The notes beneath the pieces are model-generated. The model did no database searches and was not told where the DNA came from. It was given only the letters and a program-made list of their open reading frames with translations. A program made the position numbers and the translations under genes. Positions 58,482-64,000 of a stretch of 64,000 nucleotides of DNA are shown one piece after another. The stretch is from the NCBI GenBank assembly GCA_964016885.1, contig OZ024740.1:326120001-326184000 (forward strand), in the 5' to 3' direction. This DNA comes from Eledone cirrhosa (taxonomy: Eukaryota). Position 1 is the first letter of the stretch, and each line of letters opens with the position of its first letter.

Positions 58482-59503
58482 ATATGCAGACGGTTGGTGC
58501 AGTGCACCTTACTGCTGCATTAGTGCGGCAGAAACTCGAGTCCGGGAACCATTATAGGCACCCGTTTCACGTGTGTTGTGTTGAAGCAAATAACTATGGA
58601 GTATGCTGAGATACAAGCGGTACTGGCATTGATAAATATACTGGGTCCGTCAACTCATTATTATTATTATCTCCCAACTAGCGGACTATTGAGAGTAAGT
58701 TAAACAATTTTTCACTTTTTTATTGTGTTTTTGTTTTGATATGCACTCGTTTTTCCTGCTATTTTGTCTATCACTCTGTTTAGTTGTGAAATTGACTGGT
58801 TCTCTACGCAGCGGCTGACACATTTCAGCTCGCTACTATATTGCTCTATAATGGATAATCGCATTTAATGTCCGTTAAAGGTTCTTGGCACTACCATTGT
58901 TACCATTGCTTTCCTCTAGCCATGGGGCTTGGAGACATGAGCCGAATGCTACCATTCTATTATACATCAATGTGAACTGCTATTTCTAATAGCCAGATGG
59001 CTTAATAATTTGTGTGGGAGACACGTTGGCTGACAGCTTTTAACGGGAACGAAAAGATTGATTCTTTAGCTTCCCGCCGCCACGTAACATTTGTAAATCG
59101 GTGGCTAGTTGAGAGATAGAATCTTATCGGGTGCCAGTTGCTAATGGCTTTACCGTGTCAGTCATCACAAACAGTCATGACAGGCATGGGCCGGTGTTCG
59201 GATTCTGTCGATCGAGTGGTTATTGATTAGGCGATACCCGCTGATGAAGCCGCATAAGCTGATTGTGCATTGTTGCATAATATATGCAGACGGATGGTGC
59301 AGTGCACCTTACTGCTGCATTAGTGCAGCAGAAACTCGAGTCCGGGAACCATTATAGGCACCCGTTTTACGTGTGTTATGTTGAAGCAAATAACTATGTG
59401 TATACTCTGGGAATGTATCTTACGTTGCCCATGGAGTACGCTGAGAGACAACTGGTACTGGCATTGATAAATATGCTGTGTCCGTCAACTCATTATTATT
59501 ATT
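58482..59503 (+). mobile_element. Non-coding element with direct terminal repeats 800 bp apart (pLTR/retrozyme-like), hammerhead at the repeat
   Basis: The module tatatgcagacgg...ctcattattattat occurs at 57959, 58482 and 59281. A complete hammerhead is present only at the last copy. Confidence 0.65.
59237..59346 (+). ncRNA. Type I hammerhead motif family E, intact core, GUC site
   Basis: cccg CUGAUGA agccgcauaa...gugcauug...ugcaua-aua-uaugca...cagugcac...uuagugcagca GAAA cucgag U C cggg. Confidence 0.75.
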
Positions 59504-59523
59504 TATATATATATATATATATA

Positions 59524-60176
59524 CTAGCTGCAGGACCCAGCATTGCACGGGGTAGGAAACGTGAAATAGCAACACGCATATGCAAAGATTGAGGAATGTA
59601 GCTGTGTACCTTTTGAATTCCCTTATTCTCAGGGAATTATTGTTCATCTACTGGAAACGTAGAACACCAGCAGGCCCGAATCGTGAAACATCTGCATGCA
59701 TGTGCAAAATCTGAAGAAAATCAGCTGGATACTCTTTAAGCATACTAAATCTTAGAGTATGATTTTTCTTCCGTTTGGAGAAAATCGGTTAGGTACTTTT
59801 CGAGTTTTATAGACTCGCACCCAGTCAGCCGGACAGACACCATCAGTTATGTCTATTGCACCTGCATGCATACTGTACAGAGTAAAGCCTGCAATGCTTG
59901 AGTAAGACATGTCATGCAACCGCACATCATGTTGGGCCTTCCCCACAGGAGACCATAGCCTCTTCGTAAAACTACCCAATCTGATATAGACCGAACTGTT
60001 ATATTGAAAATGAAAATGGCATGTAATGCCCAATGCTAATCCATAAATTTCCTAGAAACCATTAATGGAATTGGAAATTCTTTTTGTCCACAGCAATGCG
60101 AGGGGACTAACCAATGTGTGCTGCAAATTTCGAGGAAATCTGGTAGATTATCTTTAAGTTACGCCTCAAAAAAGCC
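59524..60176 (-). mobile_element. Non-autonomous Helitron, 3' end (left boundary firm, right boundary approximate)
   Basis: Minus strand accccgtgcaatgctgggt imperfect hairpin + cctgcag + CTAG|T. This is the canonical Helitron 3' terminus next to (TA)n. Confidence 0.6.
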
Positions 60177-60835
60177 TAAATGTAAGTATGTATGTATACG
60201 TACATACATATATGTATACAGACGTACAGTAGTATGTATATATATATACATACATGCAGACATATGTACGTATGGGTTTACCGAACATTATAATAAACTC
60301 ATACGTACATATATATGTGTGTGCATGTATGTATATATATACATACTACTGTACGTCTGTATACATATATGTATGTACGTATACATACATACTTACATTT
60401 AAGTATCAGCCATACTAAGAGTGAGAAATGAAATTTCGTTTCATTCTTTTCCATTTATCGTTTTCGGTGCTCCCGGCCGACTAACTCACTCGATATGCAA
60501 ATTAGGCTGCTCAGTCGTTAATATGCACAAGGAAAGTATATACTTTCAGACTTTCAATCATCTGGCAGGAAGGTATACGATGCTGACGATAGCTAATAAG
60601 CTTGAAACTAGTACATTGTTCCTGTGTCAGTGTTGAACAAAAAGGCGACGATGGTTGCCTGAACACTGTACATCGTAATTCGGGCTGTTTGTTTGTTTAC
60701 AAACAAACCGAACATTATAATAAATGTTCGGTAAACTCATACGTACATATATATATATGTGTGCATGTATGTATATATATACATACTACTGTACGTCTGT
60801 ATACATATATGTATGTACGTATACATGCATACTTA
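60177..60835. mobile_element. Palindrome (60177-60401) + hammerhead-bearing body + direct repeat of the right arm (~60730-60835)
   Basis: The arms are reverse complements, and taaactcatacgtacatat...catactta is repeated downstream. Confidence 0.65.
60577..60619 (+). ncRNA. Minimal type I hammerhead ribozyme, intact core (family F)
   Basis: acgaug CUGACGA uagc-uaauaa-gcuu GAAA cuag U A cauugu, with palindromic helix III ACUAGU and a GUA site. Confidence 0.78.
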
Positions 60836-60877
60836 TATATATATATATAAAAAGAAATTAAAAGATGGTTAAGAAAG

Positions 60878-60943
60878 TTCCATATGCGCATTTCAAAAAC
60901 AAATATCATCCTGGGACGATAGTTGCGTTCTCATCAGATAAAA
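60878..60943 (-). ncRNA. Type I hammerhead motif family G, apparently missing one nucleotide at the cleavage site
   Basis: Minus strand: uuuuau CUGAUGA gaacgcaacuaucgucc-ca-ggaugauauuuguuuuu GAAA ugcgca U auggaa. Helix II is ~17 bp and helix III is palindromic (AUGCGCAU). Confidence 0.65.
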
Positions 60944-61109
60944 TAAGGTAACATGATATGATGCCTAAAAAACACTTGTGAACAAGGAAGTGTCCATCCA
61001 ACATATGATAAATAAATCCGCTTACTCTAGTAGGCTTTTATATTTATATGTGAGCTGATAGAGTACAGTCTAAGGATTTACAGAAACCCATGAAGCTAGA
61101 TTTAACACC

Positions 61110-63019
61110 TGTAGCGGTTGTCTCCCTTGTTTTGATTAGGATCTAGACGGGAAGTGGAACCCTTTCTGCGACTTCCGGTCAGAGCCCTATAAAACTGGCG
61201 GCTTTGAGCTTCCTCTCTCTCTTTGCCTTTTCGGCACCAGGTCAAGAGTCTTCTCATTTGGCTCTGCCATTAATTTGGCCAACAGGCGCCTGGCTAAGGC
61301 CAGGCGCCCTCTGCCAGCCGCGTTTGCCTGGCAATCAAAACGGTAACTACTAACTTTGGTTCATTCTAACATCTATCTTTGACATGTCAAGTATTCTATC
61401 TACCGTTAATTAAATATTATATACACAAACATTGTCTCGTTTTGTTACATTCATACAACCAGTATCCTCGCTATATTGGTAACCCTGACGTGATGCGAAC
61501 ACGCAGCCGTTCATCGCTATAAGTGGTCACCCCCCAAAAAAAGAAAAAAATAGCACATCTGGTTTTGTGAGTAACATTACGAATACACAGCAAATTTAGC
61601 GACAAACTATGAAAATACTCAAGGACACGCACACACGCACATGTGGAATTCGCACAGACATACTTTTTCTCTCACGCATCAATTAACTGTCGCATTTCAC
61701 CAATATATATATATATATATGTTTCTCGTTTCTTACAACGAACACTTTCAAAACAAAAAAAAACATTTCACGATATATATATATGTTTCTCGTTTCTTAC
61801 AACGAACTCTTTCAGAACACAAAAAAAAAAAGAAATTTGATATTCTTTAAAAAACATTTCAACAGGAACATTTATTTTCGATGAACCATTGCCTTTTGTT
61901 CATCGTTCTAGTTTTTTGTTTTTTTCCAGAGTTCACACCAATAATTATGCTGAGTGAAGCCTTTCTTTTTCATCATTGTCACTTTCAAAATTGCACTATC
62001 ATTTTCTCGCGCGTTAGAAATATTTTTTTTTCAACCTTGTATTGGCACGTGTAGGCAGCATAAATTCTCGATTCACTGAGATGTCTCTACTCACAGACAG
62101 CCGCACGCCATTTATCACCAGGGATTCTTCAGCCTTAAGCTATATTCTTCTATTTGCCGGTTTATAAATTTACAATGTAAATTTACCGTTGATAACCGCG
62201 CATTTATTAAGAATGCTTATTTCTCTGGTCGCTGGCCTCTTGACCCTTCCAGGTCAACGCATTCTCAACATCGACCATCAACTTCGGCTGCTATTTCTAG
62301 CACTTTGCGCAACTCATTTTTTCTAAAAAAAATTTTTTTACTGTGAATTTAAACACCGAATACGCTCACTCAGCGAGACAACAGCAGCAGCAACAGCAAT
62401 ACATCAATACAGCTTCACCAAAGCCAGAGAATTCATTTTTGCAGCACTCTTCCTGTGAGAAAATCCATTCGGAGGTTGGAAATTTCACGATATACCACAG
62501 AACAGAAACCACCTGTAGTAAGAGTTGTCTCCCCTGCCACGACAATTGAATCGCTGTTCTCTAGACAGGAAGTAGGTGGAGTTGCTTCCCTTTGGGATTG
62601 ACCAAACTCCCTAGTGGTCACTTCCGGTCAACAGAGATAAAAGGAGCGATTAACCGCGAAATCTCTCTCTCGCCTCCTGATTCCCGAAGTGGTAACATCT
62701 TCGACCATAGCTGGATTCTTTCTGGACGACCCTTTCGTTACCAGCACAATCCAGCTCACCAGCCTGAGATGAGAGCGCCAAGACATTTTCTACCAACTTC
62801 ACAATGGCATTATTGCCATCGGGTAACAACCCTTTACCTTATACACCTTTGACTTCTATGAAGTAAAACTTTATCACACACACCAGTACTCTTTGTCTTT
62901 TATATTATGTTGCATGTGCACCGATATCTATTTCCTAAAGTGGCGTTCCGGTCGGAGAGTCCACTGGCCCAAAAAGTTCTGCCAAACTATTTTTATATGA
63001 ACTGGCCATTGGAGCCTTA

Positions 63020-63050
<31 letters not shown>

Positions 63051-64000
63051 TGTTTTTGCTGTTCTTATTTATTTGATTTATTGTATTGCAATGTACCTCT
63101 CATGACCATTTCACTGGATGTATATATATGTTTTTTCGTTTCCTTTTACAATGAACATTTTAAGCTACATTCTTCTCTTTGCCGGTTTATAAGTTTGCAA
63201 TGTAAATTTACCGTTGATAACCGCGCATTTAGTAAGAATGCTTATTTCTCTGGTCGCTGGCCTCTGGACCCTTCCAGATCAACGCATTCTCAACATCGAC
63301 CATCAACTTCGGCTGCTATTTCTAGCACTTTGCGCAACTCATTTTTTTCTAAAAAAAAATTTTTTTACTGTGAATTTAAACACCGTATACGCTCACTCAG
63401 CGAGACAACAGCAGCAGCAACAGCAATACATCAATACAGCTTCACCAAAGCCAGAGAATTTATTTTTGCAGCACTCTTCCTGTGAGAAAATCCATTCGGA
63501 GGTTGGAAATTTCACGATATACCACAGAACAGAAACCACCTGCATTCATTCTCTGGAACACTTTCTTTCCAGCTGTCATGTGATTGCACACCTGTGAACT
63601 ATATTTTGAACTTTGAGCTCTTCTATTACTTTTACTTTATTACATTGTATCTTTGGGTGATGGATAGATGGATGTCCAGTCGTTCTCTGGCCAAGAGCGG
63701 TTGGCTACCTTGATATCTATCATTGATTTTTCCAAACATTCTTTTGTCGTAATTTTCATGCCTGTTACAACATTCTCGCCAACTTGCTACATATTTTCAT
63801 TTCGATTTTTATACACTAAAATTCTGGCGGGAGGTTATGTAGCGGTTGTCTCCCTTGTTTTGATTAGGATCTAGACGGGAAGTGGAACCCTTTCTGCGAC
63901 TTCCGGTCAGAGCCCTATAAAACTGGCGGCTTTGAGCTTCCTCTCTCTCTTTGCCTTTTCGGCACCAGGTCAAGAGTCTTCTCATTTGGCTCTGCCATTA
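61110..64000 (+). mobile_element. Non-coding LTR element: LTR 61110-61521, second LTR from 63838 running off the window
   Basis: tgtagcg...cgctata termini, TATAAAA followed by a CT-rich tract, a TGG-starting PBS-like site after LTR1 and purine tract ggcgggagg before LTR2. The 163 bp visible of LTR2 match LTR1. Confidence 0.75.
62145..63542 (+). repeat. ~370-bp direct duplication (62145-62515 and 63169-63542) separated by an LTR-like segment starting tgtagtaagagttgtctccc at 62514
   Basis: Direct sequence comparison. The inner segment shares gttgtctccc, ggaagt and acttccggtca motifs with the outer LTR. Confidence 0.7.

Larger units (their letters stand above)
57700..58698 (+). repeat. Two ~515-bp tandem units, each (TA)n + hammerhead module D + (TA)n + truncated module E
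   Basis: 57730-58210 is nearly identical to 58245-58698. Confidence 0.85.

Noticed and set aside
57961-63597. Repeated ORFs (MQTVGAVHL..., ...ARQQQQQQYINT...)
   Set aside because: They lie within repeated non-coding elements, run through microsatellites, differ in frame or length between copies and have no recognisable domain.

Overview
AT-rich, repeat-dense eukaryotic DNA, most likely octopus/cephalopod. This is inferred from the tRNA-SINEs with RTE-like tails, the giant (TA)n arrays and the long single-exon C2H2 zinc-finger gene. The only convincing host gene is a ~30-finger C2H2 ZNF (52362-54989). The rest is a ~7.7 kb tandem duplication (1043-16964) built around a hexamer array, a foldback element with a telomere-like core, ~17 kb of (TA)n arrays with a 200-N gap, a nearly intact Gypsy LTR retrotransposon, a Penelope-like GIY-YIG fragment, RTE/CR1 LINE fragments, SINEs, MITEs, a Helitron end and a non-coding LTR element. 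Most notable: reading both strands by eye gives 14 type I hammerhead-ribozyme motifs in about 7 sequence families. They have the form helix I - CUGANGA - helix II - GAAA - palindromic helix III - NUH. They lie in short (TA)n-embedded non-coding elements that form long palindromes or direct repeats. Many carry an unusually long helix II with a C mismatch at the 4th position. All folding was done by hand and cleavage activity is untested. Nearly all short ORFs in the track are artefacts of low-complexity repeats.
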